Source: an uncultured Phycisphaerales bacterium (GTDB taxonomy: Bacteria > Planctomycetota > B15-G4 > CAYZWU01). From it: a stretch of DNA of 64,000 nt. Shown here piece by piece: positions 18,808 to 27,874 of this stretch; the first letter of the stretch is position 1; each line of letters starts with the position of its first letter. The position numbers and the translations under genes are program-made. Under the pieces are notes generated by a model. It was given only the letters and a program-made list of their open reading frames with translations, ran no database searches and had not been told where the DNA came from. Where the stretch lies: the NCBI GenBank assembly GCA_964633825.1, contig CAZWHE010000001.1, positions 8,895-72,894 of the forward strand. The letters are read 5' to 3'.

Positions 18808-20700
18808 TTACTCCGTCTCCTTGATTCCATACAGCTTGATCTTGTCGTAAAGCGTGGGTCTGCTGATGCCAAGAATACGGGCGGCCTGTTTCTTGTTCCA
18901 CCCCGCATATCGAAGCACACTCACCACATGCGCCCGCTCTACCTCTTTGAGGGTCACTTCCGCATCGGGAGCCGCGGTCTGGGCGTCGCCGGCTCGTCCC
19001 GTCCAGTTTTCGAAAGCGAGAGGCCCCTCATCGGCCAGAATCAGCTCTCGCTCGAGAACATTTCGCAGCTCACGGACGTTTCCCGGCCACCGGTGGGCCC
19101 TGAGACGCTTCATCCCCGCGGGAGAGACCGTTCTTTCCCCATGGGCCAGTTTCTTCAGAAGATGCGAGACGAGCTCGGGTATGTCTTCGGCGTGCTCCCT
19201 GAGGGGCGGGGCTTCGATCTGGAACACGCGGAGACGGTACAAAAGATCTTCGCGGAACTCGCCCTTCGCTGTTTTATCGTCCAGGTCGGTGTTCGTGGCC
19301 GCAATGATTCTTACGTTCACATGGACCGGCGCTTCCCCGCCAACGGGGTAAAAGCTCTTTTCTTCCAGAACCCTGAGGAGCTTCACCTGAATCGGGAGAG
19401 GGAGCTCACCCACCTCGTCGAGAAAGAGCGTCCCCTCGTGGGCCAGCTCGAAGCGCCCGAGCTTCCGGTCGACGGCCCCGGTGAAAGCGCCCTTCTCGTG
19501 ACCGAAAAGCTCGCTCTCCACCATGGATTCGGGGATGGCGCCGCAGTTGATCGATACCATGGGCCTCTCACACCTCCCGGACTGTGAGTGAAGGGACGAG
19601 GCGATCACCTCCTTGCCGGTCCCGCTTTCCCCCACGATCAGGATCGTGGCGTCGGCGGTCGCTGCCTTCCGTACGAGCGTGCGGACATGCTCCATCGCCT
19701 TGGAACGACCCACCAGCTCGGTCGTGCCCGGCACCTTCGACCGCAGGATTTTGTTGTCCCTTTCGAGCCTGTTCCGGTATCCCAAGTTCTCAATAGCCAG
19801 GGCCGCCTGGGACGTGAACGCTGCCAGGACCTGCAGCTTTTCCTTTCCGAAGGACGTTTCCTTTCCGAAGGACGTTTCCTTTCCGGGCACACCGAGGGAA
19901 GAGAGGTAGACTGCGCCGGTGACCCTGCCCGCCGATCTCATGGGCGCGGCCAGGATGCGGGCTGTTCCGGCGGCGGCAATGGACCGCGCCTTGCGCAGCG
20001 CGGGGTCGTTCAAGGGATTCACGGCCACAACGGAAACGTTGCCGCCCATCACCTTGTCGAGCACCGTTCTGGAAGGTCTGTATTCCTCTACGCCGCTTCT
20101 GTTGATCTCACTAAGAATTTTTATATCCTCGCCATCATCGCCGTCCCGCAGGAAGACGCATCCCAGGTCCATTCCAAAGAGATCCATAACAATGGGCAGA
20201 AACTCGTCGAGCATTTTATCCGAGGAATCGGATGTGCCGACCAGTTCGGCCACTCGGAAAAGAGCTTCGATCGGATCTCCGCCGAGACCGGCCCGGCTGA
20301 AGACCCCGGAGTCGGGGACCTTTTCGGCTGCCGCCTTCAGGGCGACCTCAACGGTCGTATCGCCGAATACTTCCGTCTTTTTCCCTGCAGTCGATTGCAT
20401 AGGCTCCCTGTCATAGAGCAGGAGCGAGGCTTGTCCTACAACGATTATGTCTCCGGGCTTCGCAACGGCTTCGGTGACCTTGCTTCCGTTGAGATAGGTC
20501 CCGTTCGTGGAGCCGAGGTCCTTCAGGACGGCTCCACCCTTTCGGGGCTTCAGCTCGCAGTGCTCGCGTGACACACCATCGTCGTCCAGAACAACATGGC
20601 AAGAGGCGGAGCGGCCTACGCGGAGAACGCCCGTCAAGTGGTAAACCTTTTCGATGCTCCCGCGGCCTTTATAAAGTAGGAACAGGTTCTCTTTCGCCAT
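18808..20700 (-). CDS. Sigma54-dependent activator, FHA-GAF-AAA+-HTH
   Basis: FHA VGRS..VSREH..STNGTYLNG; GAF LAAPMRSAGRVTGAVYL; GESGTGKE, GAFTGA, FLDEVGE, WPGNVREL; Fis-type HTH. Start set at ATG 20700. Confidence 0.95.
   Translation of the reverse strand: MAKENLFLLYKGRGSIEKVYHLTGVLRVGRSASCHVVLDDDGVSREHCELKPRKGGAVLKDLGSTNGTYLNGSKVTEAVAKPGDIIVVGQASLLLYDREPMQSTAGKKTEVFGDTTVEVALKAAAEKVPDSGVFSRAGLGGDPIEALFRVAELVGTSDSSDKMLDEFLPIVMDLFGMDLGCVFLRDGDDGEDIKILSEINRSGVEEYRPSRTVLDKVMGGNVSVVAVNPLNDPALRKARSIAAAGTARILAAPMRSAGRVTGAVYLSSLGVPGKETSFGKETSFGKEKLQVLAAFTSQAALAIENLGYRNRLERDNKILRSKVPGTTELVGRSKAMEHVRTLVRKAATADATILIVGESGTGKEVIASSLHSQSGRCERPMVSINCGAIPESMVESELFGHEKGAFTGAVDRKLGRFELAHEGTLFLDEVGELPLPIQVKLLRVLEEKSFYPVGGEAPVHVNVRIIAATNTDLDDKTAKGEFREDLLYRLRVFQIEAPPLREHAEDIPELVSHLLKKLAHGERTVSPAGMKRLRAHRWPGNVRELRNVLERELILADEGPLAFENWTGRAGDAQTAAPDAEVTLKEVERAHVVSVLRYAGWNKKQAARILGISRPTLYDKIKLYGIKETE
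19841..19885. repeat. In-frame 18-bp tandem duplication (GKETSF x2.5) in the GAF domain
   Basis: TCCTTTCCGAAGGACGTT repeated. Confidence 0.9.
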
Positions 20701-20728
20701 GAATTCTGAAAACTCCTGTCTCTCTGTC

Positions 20729-20764
20729 AGAAGACGATTTCTTCTCCTAGAAGACGATTTCTTC
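20729..20764. repeat. Two palindromic 16-mers at 20-bp period upstream of the activator
   Basis: AGAAGACGATTTCTTC at 20729-20744 and 20749-20764. Confidence 0.8.
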
Positions 20765-23536
20765 CGTCCGGCAATCAAAGAAATCGTAACGGTAAAAGCG
20801 TTCTCTGCTCAAACCGGGAACAATGGACCGTTTCGATGAAAACCCCCCGGCCGGCATTATCCGAGAGTAATAGAGAAACCTCCGGTCATCCACGAGACCG
20901 AGCACTTTCAAGGGACAGGTTCCGGCCCAGACGACTTGTTCCGATTCGTCATCGTACCTGCGGAACAACAGGCGTGTCCCTTCCCTGTCGATAATCAGGA
21001 ACCCCTTGTCGTGATAAAAGGGAAAAAGCCCGGCCGCGTTTCCATCGTAGAGAACACAGGTCTTGTGGGCAACCGGGTCGACGAGGATGATTCTGAGCAC
21101 TCCCGTGGCATCGCTGACCGCCTTTCGCAGCGGGACCGTCTCCCAGACGATGACATCGCCCTGCGCCCTGTCGAGGCAATAGCGGATCTCCTTCCCTTCG
21201 GCGGCATAGCACGACTCCACCCGCGCCGTGGAATCACGGTACAAGAAGAGCTCCGTTCTTTTGCCTCTGCTGCCGACGAAAAAGATCCCGTCATCACATC
21301 CTTTGATATCGGTGAGCTCCACACCGTGCACGGGTATGACGTATGCCACCTTTTCCTCGGTCGAATAGAGAGCGACCCTCTCCCTGGAGCCGGGAGGCAT
21401 CACCGCCCTGACGAGGCCCCTTCCTTCGATGAACTCGAGCCTGTGAAAGATGCGGTTGAGAAAGGAGCGTTCCCTTTTTTCATCAAGGTCTTTGAGCCGG
21501 TGCTGCCAGAACGAGCCCCTCCACTCATTGATCAGGAGCTTGTCCCCCGAGGGCGAGGGGGAGAGGAGCACGTCACTTCCCAGAAATTTGATCCTCTTCC
21601 GATCCGCTTCCACGAGATACCAGCTCGACCCGAAACCTGTTTTTTCCTCCCCCGTTTCTTTGCGTCCCGTCCGGACAAGGAGCCTGTTCTCATTTAGCCA
21701 GACCAGATCGGAGACAAGTGAATCGAAATAAAATGTCCGTTTCCGGCGAAACCCGGAATCGGTCACAACGAGCGGGAAATCTCCCCTCTTCACATCACGT
21801 TCGAGAGCGGCCGCCAGCCAGTTGTTCAATGGAGAAGGAATGACGAGACGAGGCCGGATTTTGATGTAGCCCGTGTTGTTGGAGCGATCCACGTCGGGCC
21901 ATTCGTAGTCCGGGTCGATGACAACACCGACAACCCCCTCTTCCGACAGCGTTTTCTTCCAGACCGCCCGTCCCGATGAGAGCGTCACCTGGTTCGGAAT
22001 TATTTTATTGTCGGTCACAACATCGATGCCGACCTTTCCCCGGAAGTCGAGATCCCCCTGGTTTTCGATAACGACCCTGATCCGGCAGTCTTTCTTCAGA
22101 GGCTGAACGGAAAGATCAGCTACGACCAGATCGAGATCGAGACGGTTCCGGGCCCAGTCCCGGAAAAGCCAGTCGAGCCCTTCCACACCCCGCTCCTTGC
22201 AGCACCGCGACCAGAGATCTTCATTGTCGCTCCCGGGAGGGGCCCGGAGAATCTCGAGGCAAACCTCTTCGAAGGTGTCGTTCCCCACCAACCGCCGTAC
22301 GACATCGAGAAGGAACCCCCCGAATTCAACTCCTTTATCTTCCCTCCCGCTCCTTTCGCGGCCCGACACGGACAAACTCTGCCGCGGCAGGCAGGATCCC
22401 CCGGGAGAAAAGAGATCGACCCTTTTGAAAGCACAGATCCCGTCCTCCCCGCGACTCCGCCCTTGGGAAACGAAGCGGATGGCCCACCCCATAGCAATCT
22501 CTTCCCTCGAAAAGAGGCTGTTTTCCAGCGGCTTCGATCCCGCCTGCAGTTTCGGAGCCATCCAGAGGAGGCCGAAGGCGAAGGCCTGCTCATCGATCGA
22601 CAGGCTGCGGGGAACAAGAAGGGTTCCGGCGCCGTCACAGCGCAGACCGCCCGCGAAGCTTTCCGGCATGAGAATGAAATTCATCGACTCGGGGCGGACC
22701 GCGGGGAGGGATCTCTCGAAAAAACCGTACAAGACTTCGAGGTTTTCCATGAGCCCCGGCGGGCCTGCGCCGAGAGGACAGAGCGCGACCGGTATCTCTC
22801 CGACAGTCATCCTGATCGGGGCGGTTCGACATCCCGCAACCGCGAAAGCCTGAACAGGCCGGGCGAGAGACCACTCGAAACAAGTCCGGCCGGTTCCATG
22901 GGGGAACCGGTCCGGATCAGCGGGCTTGGCCGAGCTCGCCGGCGCCACGGGCATGAATCCCGAAGGAAAGGTGACCCTGAGATCCACATCCATTGCACCG
23001 TTCGAGACCCGCGGATAGTACGCGTCATCGGGATCGAGGTAGATGAGATCATGGGTTATCACGCTCTTCGAGCCCGAAATCCTGAAATCACCGCTGTAGT
23101 CGATTTCGAGAACCCCCGCTTTTTCCGAGCTCACCTCGTCGGGAAAGCCCACCCGGTAGAAAGGGCCTATCCTGCCGAATCCGAGATTCCGCCCCTCCCA
23201 TCTCACTCCGATCACTTTAAGGGCCGGATTCAATCCAAAAAAGAAACCGATCCATCCGGGATCGACGGTCATGTCGATCCTGGCGCTGCCCCTTATCCCG
23301 GCTGTTCCGGTCGCTTCTGCCGTAACGGTATCCAGATCGAGCTGAAGGTCCATTTTGCGGGGGGTCTGGTTCCCGAAGAAAAGGCCCAAGCGGCTGTCTA
23401 AAAACCGGATCGCCGCAGGCGTCCTTTCAAACAGAACAGTGATGCCGAACAGGATAAAGATCAATGCCAGGACAGCGGCCAGCGAAACCGCCATTGCCGG
23501 CTTTCCTCTGAAAAAGCGCCTGAATGATCCGGACAT
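20747..23536 (-). CDS. Membrane-anchored M1-aminopeptidase-like protein lacking HEXXH, with CARDB-like Ig domain and beta-propeller-like C-terminus
   Basis: M1-type beta domain (IYLDPDDAYYP, MDVDLRVTFPSG), VVIDPDYEWPDVDRSNN; no HEXXH anywhere in the translation. Confidence 0.6.
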   Translation of the reverse strand: MSGSFRRFFRGKPAMAVSLAAVLALIFILFGITVLFERTPAAIRFLDSRLGLFFGNQTPRKMDLQLDLDTVTAEATGTAGIRGSARIDMTVDPGWIGFFFGLNPALKVIGVRWEGRNLGFGRIGPFYRVGFPDEVSSEKAGVLEIDYSGDFRISGSKSVITHDLIYLDPDDAYYPRVSNGAMDVDLRVTFPSGFMPVAPASSAKPADPDRFPHGTGRTCFEWSLARPVQAFAVAGCRTAPIRMTVGEIPVALCPLGAGPPGLMENLEVLYGFFERSLPAVRPESMNFILMPESFAGGLRCDGAGTLLVPRSLSIDEQAFAFGLLWMAPKLQAGSKPLENSLFSREEIAMGWAIRFVSQGRSRGEDGICAFKRVDLFSPGGSCLPRQSLSVSGRERSGREDKGVEFGGFLLDVVRRLVGNDTFEEVCLEILRAPPGSDNEDLWSRCCKERGVEGLDWLFRDWARNRLDLDLVVADLSVQPLKKDCRIRVVIENQGDLDFRGKVGIDVVTDNKIIPNQVTLSSGRAVWKKTLSEEGVVGVVIDPDYEWPDVDRSNNTGYIKIRPRLVIPSPLNNWLAAALERDVKRGDFPLVVTDSGFRRKRTFYFDSLVSDLVWLNENRLLVRTGRKETGEEKTGFGSSWYLVEADRKRIKFLGSDVLLSPSPSGDKLLINEWRGSFWQHRLKDLDEKRERSFLNRIFHRLEFIEGRGLVRAVMPPGSRERVALYSTEEKVAYVIPVHGVELTDIKGCDDGIFFVGSRGKRTELFLYRDSTARVESCYAAEGKEIRYCLDRAQGDVIVWETVPLRKAVSDATGVLRIILVDPVAHKTCVLYDGNAAGLFPFYHDKGFLIIDREGTRLLFRRYDDESEQVVWAGTCPLKVLGLVDDRRFLYYSRIMPAGGFSSKRSIVPGLSRERFYRYDFFDCRTEEIVF

Positions 23537-23650
23537 GCCCTCGATGATTCACTCTCCTTTTGGCAGAAACATTGATGCAATGTTTCAATCTATCTTAGCC
23601 TCAAAGCGCTGATGATTTCGAGCAGAAACGATCGGGAGGGCGCCGCCCGG

Positions 23651-26600
23651 TCAAGCGGGCCGCAACGGATCAATCCCCGAGGCCGCTCCGTGGAGACGGA
23701 GGGTTTCCTTTTCCAGCTTTGTTCCGCGCCTCGTTTCTCCCAAAATCCGGATCGACATCCGAGTGATGGCCAGCGCGCTTCTCGCTTTCCCCATTTCAAG
23801 AAAAACCGTGGCCAGCGCGTTGAGAGAGTAGACCTGCTCCCGGTTCGCCAGAGAAGCGCTGCGCGTTTCAGCGACGGCCCGACGGGATTCCTTCAGAGCC
23901 CGCTCTATATTTCTTGACCCCGCACCGGGTCGGCACATAAGGCGGGCCCGCGTGGCCAGCGTCCTTGCGATGAGACGCTTGTCTGCGCCGTCTTCGGCAA
24001 GGTGAAACGCTTCATCGAGAATGTCCGCGGCCTCTTCGAAATTCTTTTTTTCCAGAAGACATTCACCCAAATCGGTGAGGGATCGGGCCCTCAAAAAGAA
24101 ACGCCCCAGCCTGTGCGCGATCTCGGCGGCGCGGCGGAGAGCTTTTTCGGCAAAATCCTGCTTTCCCGATTCCAGGTGGAGCTTGCCGACTCCGATCAGC
24201 ACTTCGGCGATCCCTTCGTCGTTCCGGGCCTTTCTGAAAATAGAAAGGGATTCGCGAAAAGCCTCCCGGGCAAGGCTCCTTTCACCGCGTTCCAGGTGGA
24301 TCAATCCCATGCTCGTGAGGATCCGGGCCTGACCGATTCTGTCTCCGAGATTCCGCCTGAGCTCCCGCGCTTCCTCGAGATGCTTCACCGAGTCCGCGTT
24401 CTCGCCGATATCAGCCAGAATACCGGCAAGGGTCTGGTGCGCATCCGCCTCTCCGGTCATGTCACGGGCTCGCCGCATGCCGTTCAGGGCCGCCTCCACA
24501 CAGTGGAGAGCGCTGACAAAACGAGACACGGCATAGTAGTGCTGTCCCATTCTGAGCGACACGAGGGATCTCAGCCTTTGATTGCCGGCTGCGGCGAAAG
24601 CCCTGCGCAGAGCCCGGAACTCGACGTCTCTCTTCCCCAGGTAAGCGGCTATTCTGGCCTCCCGGAGATTGATCCGGCATTCGAGCCCCCTGTCGAAATC
24701 CTGTCCGGCCTCCCTGAGCACGGCCACATGGTTGACGGCATTCTTGGCCAGGGCCAGAGCGCTTTCGTGGGCATTCCTGAAGAGCAGGTAGTCCTGGGCT
24801 TGGAAAAAATACCTGAGAGCTCCGGCGTGATTCCCGGCCCTGGAAAAGTGGACGGCCGTTTTAAGAATCTCTCTCCCCGTAAGAGAGCGCGTTGTCGACA
24901 TTTTTTCGAAATAGAGTCCGGCCCGCTCGTGGCAGGCCCTGCGCTCCTCGTCTCCGAGAGAGTCGAGGATCATTTCCCGGATCAGAACGTGGTCGAAACG
25001 ATGCCTTTTTCCCACAGTCGGCCTGATGAGCGAAGAGCGGCTCTCGAGTTTCGAAACAATGCCGACCGCGTCGGCCAGGTCCATCCCGAGCGCGCCGACA
25101 ACGTCCTCAACACGAAAGCGCACCCCGAACACAGAGGCCTGTTCGAGGAAGCGCCGCTCTTCAACGGCGAGCCTGAAGAGCCTCCTGTAAAAAACATCCT
25201 GAATCGTTGCCGGAACGTAGCGGAGGAGCTCGAGCCAGTCGGGGTTCTCGTCGTTCAAGACGCCTTTGTCGAGAAGGAGCCGGGCAACCTCGAGCACGAA
25301 GTAGGGATTTCCCTCGGTGACCCCGAAGACGCGGCTCCCCACTCTGTCCTTGACAACGGGAGCGGGGAAACCCAATTCCTCGAGCATGCCCTTGACGTCT
25401 TTTTCATCGAGGCGCGACAGCCTGAAAAAACGGGTTCCCTTCTCCCGGTCGAGCTCTTCGAGGAATCCCACCAGATCGCTCTCCTCTCCGGAGAGAGGCT
25501 CACCCGAACGGGCCGTCAGGATCATCATCACCCGCATTCCGCCGATGTGCCGGGCAATCTCGAGAAGAACGTCCCGTGCGGGCTTTCCCATGCCCTGGAT
25601 ATTCTCGACAACGAGAATGAGAAGCTTCTTTTTCGACAGGAGGGTGAAGAATTCCTTGAAGAGCTGGGCCGCTGTTTCCGGCGAAGGGACACCCGCTTTC
25701 GGTCCGGACGAGGTTGCGACGAGAAAATCGGCGAATGCATCGGCGGTTTGCGGGCGGTCAAGAAACAGATCAGCGAGCTTTTCTCGAAGGCGGCTCTGAA
25801 GAAGATCTCTATCCGGCTCCTTGAGATCGAGAGCCGCCAGCACCGCTGAAATGAGAGCCGAATAGGGAACCCTCACCTCGCTCTGGATTCCCTGGACCAT
25901 AACGAGGTCCCCCTCCTGCTGATCCATGTCCATTCTTTCGAGCAGCCTGTCAAGGAGGCGCGTCTTCCCCACGCCGGCCTCCCCTTCGATCACGGCGACG
26001 CGCCCCCCCTTCCCGCCCCTCGCTTCGCCGATGAGTTTTTCAAGGCCCGCGATTTCCCTCTCCCGGCCGTAAAAAGAGGTTTTTCTCGAAATATGAAGAG
26101 CGGCCCTTCTCCTGTCCACGAACTCGGGAAAAATCTCGGACCGGACACTCCTCCACCACGGATCGGCTTCGCCCCCTTCGAGAATCCGCCTCAGGCGGGC
26201 CCCGGGACCGAGGCGTTTCTTTGGATCCTTCTCCAACAGGGCCATGATGAGAGCGCTCATGAAGGGCGATACGAGGACGCCCAATGACGCCGGCGGTTCG
26301 GGCGTGAGGCCGATGTGGTTCGAAATCGTAGAAATCAGGTCTGATCCGAGAAAGGGGTTTTCGCCCACAGCCAATTCGTAGAGGACGACTCCCAGCGAGT
26401 AGAGGTCGGACGTTGTTCCGACCCGCGCCGGACCGAACCGCTCCGGAGCCGCATAGGCCACGGTTCCATAAAACCCGCTGTCAATGGATTCGCCCGTACG
26501 CCAGATCTTCCTGGAGAAACCGAAATCCCCTATCTTGACCACACCCTTTTTCTCGAGGAATATGTTCTCGGGCTTGAGGTCGCGATGAATGATGCCGCGT

Positions 26601-27010
26601 CTGTGAATGACGGCCAGCGTCTCCGACACCTGGACGGCGATTTTGCGAAGCATGTCATCGCTCAAGGAACCGCTCTCCTCGAGGACCGATTTGAGGGTCA
26701 TGCCCCGCAGATATTCCATGACGATGAAGTAAAAGGTGTCGCCGCCCAAACGCTCCGAGCCCACATGGTGAATCCGAACGACGCCGGGGTGCTTCAGCGC
26801 CATGCCGAGACCGGCTTCAAATTTGAAACGCGACCTGATTCCGTGATCCCGGGCGAAGCGGGGATGAAGGACCTTAACGGCCACAGCGCTTCCCGCCGCG
26901 AGACCGCGCCGGGTCCTTGTCACCTTCCCGAGATAGACGGTTCCCATACCGCCTGAACCGAGGGGACGGACCAGCCTGATACCACGAAGCTCCCGCCCTG
27001 CCAGGCTCAC
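23651..27010 (-). CDS. Ser/Thr kinase - STAND-type AAA ATPase - TPR fusion
   Basis: LGSGGMGTVY, HRDLKPEN, DFG, APE; FYGRERE, GEAGVGKT, GNPYFVLE; several TPRs; GTGA overlap with rbfA. Confidence 0.92.
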   Translation of the reverse strand: MSLAGRELRGIRLVRPLGSGGMGTVYLGKVTRTRRGLAAGSAVAVKVLHPRFARDHGIRSRFKFEAGLGMALKHPGVVRIHHVGSERLGGDTFYFIVMEYLRGMTLKSVLEESGSLSDDMLRKIAVQVSETLAVIHRRGIIHRDLKPENIFLEKKGVVKIGDFGFSRKIWRTGESIDSGFYGTVAYAAPERFGPARVGTTSDLYSLGVVLYELAVGENPFLGSDLISTISNHIGLTPEPPASLGVLVSPFMSALIMALLEKDPKKRLGPGARLRRILEGGEADPWWRSVRSEIFPEFVDRRRAALHISRKTSFYGREREIAGLEKLIGEARGGKGGRVAVIEGEAGVGKTRLLDRLLERMDMDQQEGDLVMVQGIQSEVRVPYSALISAVLAALDLKEPDRDLLQSRLREKLADLFLDRPQTADAFADFLVATSSGPKAGVPSPETAAQLFKEFFTLLSKKKLLILVVENIQGMGKPARDVLLEIARHIGGMRVMMILTARSGEPLSGEESDLVGFLEELDREKGTRFFRLSRLDEKDVKGMLEELGFPAPVVKDRVGSRVFGVTEGNPYFVLEVARLLLDKGVLNDENPDWLELLRYVPATIQDVFYRRLFRLAVEERRFLEQASVFGVRFRVEDVVGALGMDLADAVGIVSKLESRSSLIRPTVGKRHRFDHVLIREMILDSLGDEERRACHERAGLYFEKMSTTRSLTGREILKTAVHFSRAGNHAGALRYFFQAQDYLLFRNAHESALALAKNAVNHVAVLREAGQDFDRGLECRINLREARIAAYLGKRDVEFRALRRAFAAAGNQRLRSLVSLRMGQHYYAVSRFVSALHCVEAALNGMRRARDMTGEADAHQTLAGILADIGENADSVKHLEEARELRRNLGDRIGQARILTSMGLIHLERGERSLAREAFRESLSIFRKARNDEGIAEVLIGVGKLHLESGKQDFAEKALRRAAEIAHRLGRFFLRARSLTDLGECLLEKKNFEEAADILDEAFHLAEDGADKRLIARTLATRARLMCRPGAGSRNIERALKESRRAVAETRSASLANREQVYSLNALATVFLEMGKARSALAITRMSIRILGETRRGTKLEKETLRLHGAASGIDPLRPA

Positions 27011-27405
27011 CTTTCCTCGTCCTCCGGGCGGGCCGCCTCGTCGCTGTCGCCGTTGTTTTCTTTTTCGGTCTCGATCTCTTTCAAGATCCGGAAAACGCGG
27101 TCCGCCTTGTCCATGCCCTCGTCGAATATGAACCGAACCTGGGGAACGGTTTTTGTTCTGAGGGCCTTGGCTATCTCGGACTGGATATATCCCTTCGCGG
27201 CTTCAAGGGCGTGAGAGGTTTTTGACTTCTCTCCTTCTTTTCCGAAAACCGAATAATAGACCGAACATGTTTTGAGATCCCGCGACAGCTCGACACGCGT
27301 CACGGTCACGAAACCGATCCTGGGATCCTTGAGACGATAGAGGATGATCGTCGTCAGCTTCTCCCTGACAAGCGAGACCAGTTTTTCGAATTTGTCCCAG
27401 TTCAT
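27007..27405 (-). CDS. rbfA: Ribosome-binding factor A
   Basis: LKDPRIGFVTVTRVELSRDL, VPQVRFIFD; position after infB. Confidence 0.95.
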   Translation of the reverse strand: MNWDKFEKLVSLVREKLTTIILYRLKDPRIGFVTVTRVELSRDLKTCSVYYSVFGKEGEKSKTSHALEAAKGYIQSEIAKALRTKTVPQVRFIFDEGMDKADRVFRILKEIETEKENNGDSDEAARPEDEER

Positions 27406-27433
27406 TTTATCTCTGCTCCAAGCCTCTACCGGC

Positions 27434-27736
27434 TCATAGAATTTCCAGGCTGTGATCCACCAGCTCGGCCGAGGGGTGGACCCGCAGCTGGTCCAGGATT
27501 TTCATCAAGGCCGACTCGACATGCCTTCTGTCGCTTCCGGCCATGGCGACGGCCATGGTCCCCTTGTTGACTATGTTCTGATCCTCGACCTCGGCAACGG
27601 ATACGTTGTAACGGCCCCGAAGCCTGTCCTTCAGAGAACGCACGACCCTGCGCTTCTCCTTGAGCGATCGTGAACCGCGGACCAGAAACGAAAACTGAAG
27701 AACTCCCAGCGCAGCAGCCAATTCAAAAACCCTCAC
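27434..27736 (-). CDS. DUF503 (YlxP-like) protein
   Basis: SRSLKEKRRVVRSLKDRLRGRYNVSVAEV; the true start may be TTG at 27721. Confidence 0.88.
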   Translation of the reverse strand: MRVFELAAALGVLQFSFLVRGSRSLKEKRRVVRSLKDRLRGRYNVSVAEVEDQNIVNKGTMAVAMAGSDRRHVESALMKILDQLRVHPSAELVDHSLEIL

Positions 27737-27874
27737 TGTCGACAGGAGAGCGGAAACAACCTAACAGTATGATAACCCGCGATTTCGGGCGCGCTGTCCG
27801 TTAACGAAAGGCGAGGTCAAAATCACGGCAGGGTGGCGAGTGGTTCGTATAACAAAGACGAACAATTAAGGCAG

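Noticed and set aside
23651-27010. Calling the kinase-STAND-TPR protein an Avs antiviral system
   Set aside because: Kinase-AAA-TPR fusions are common signalling proteins and there is no defence-island context; kept only as a hypothesis.
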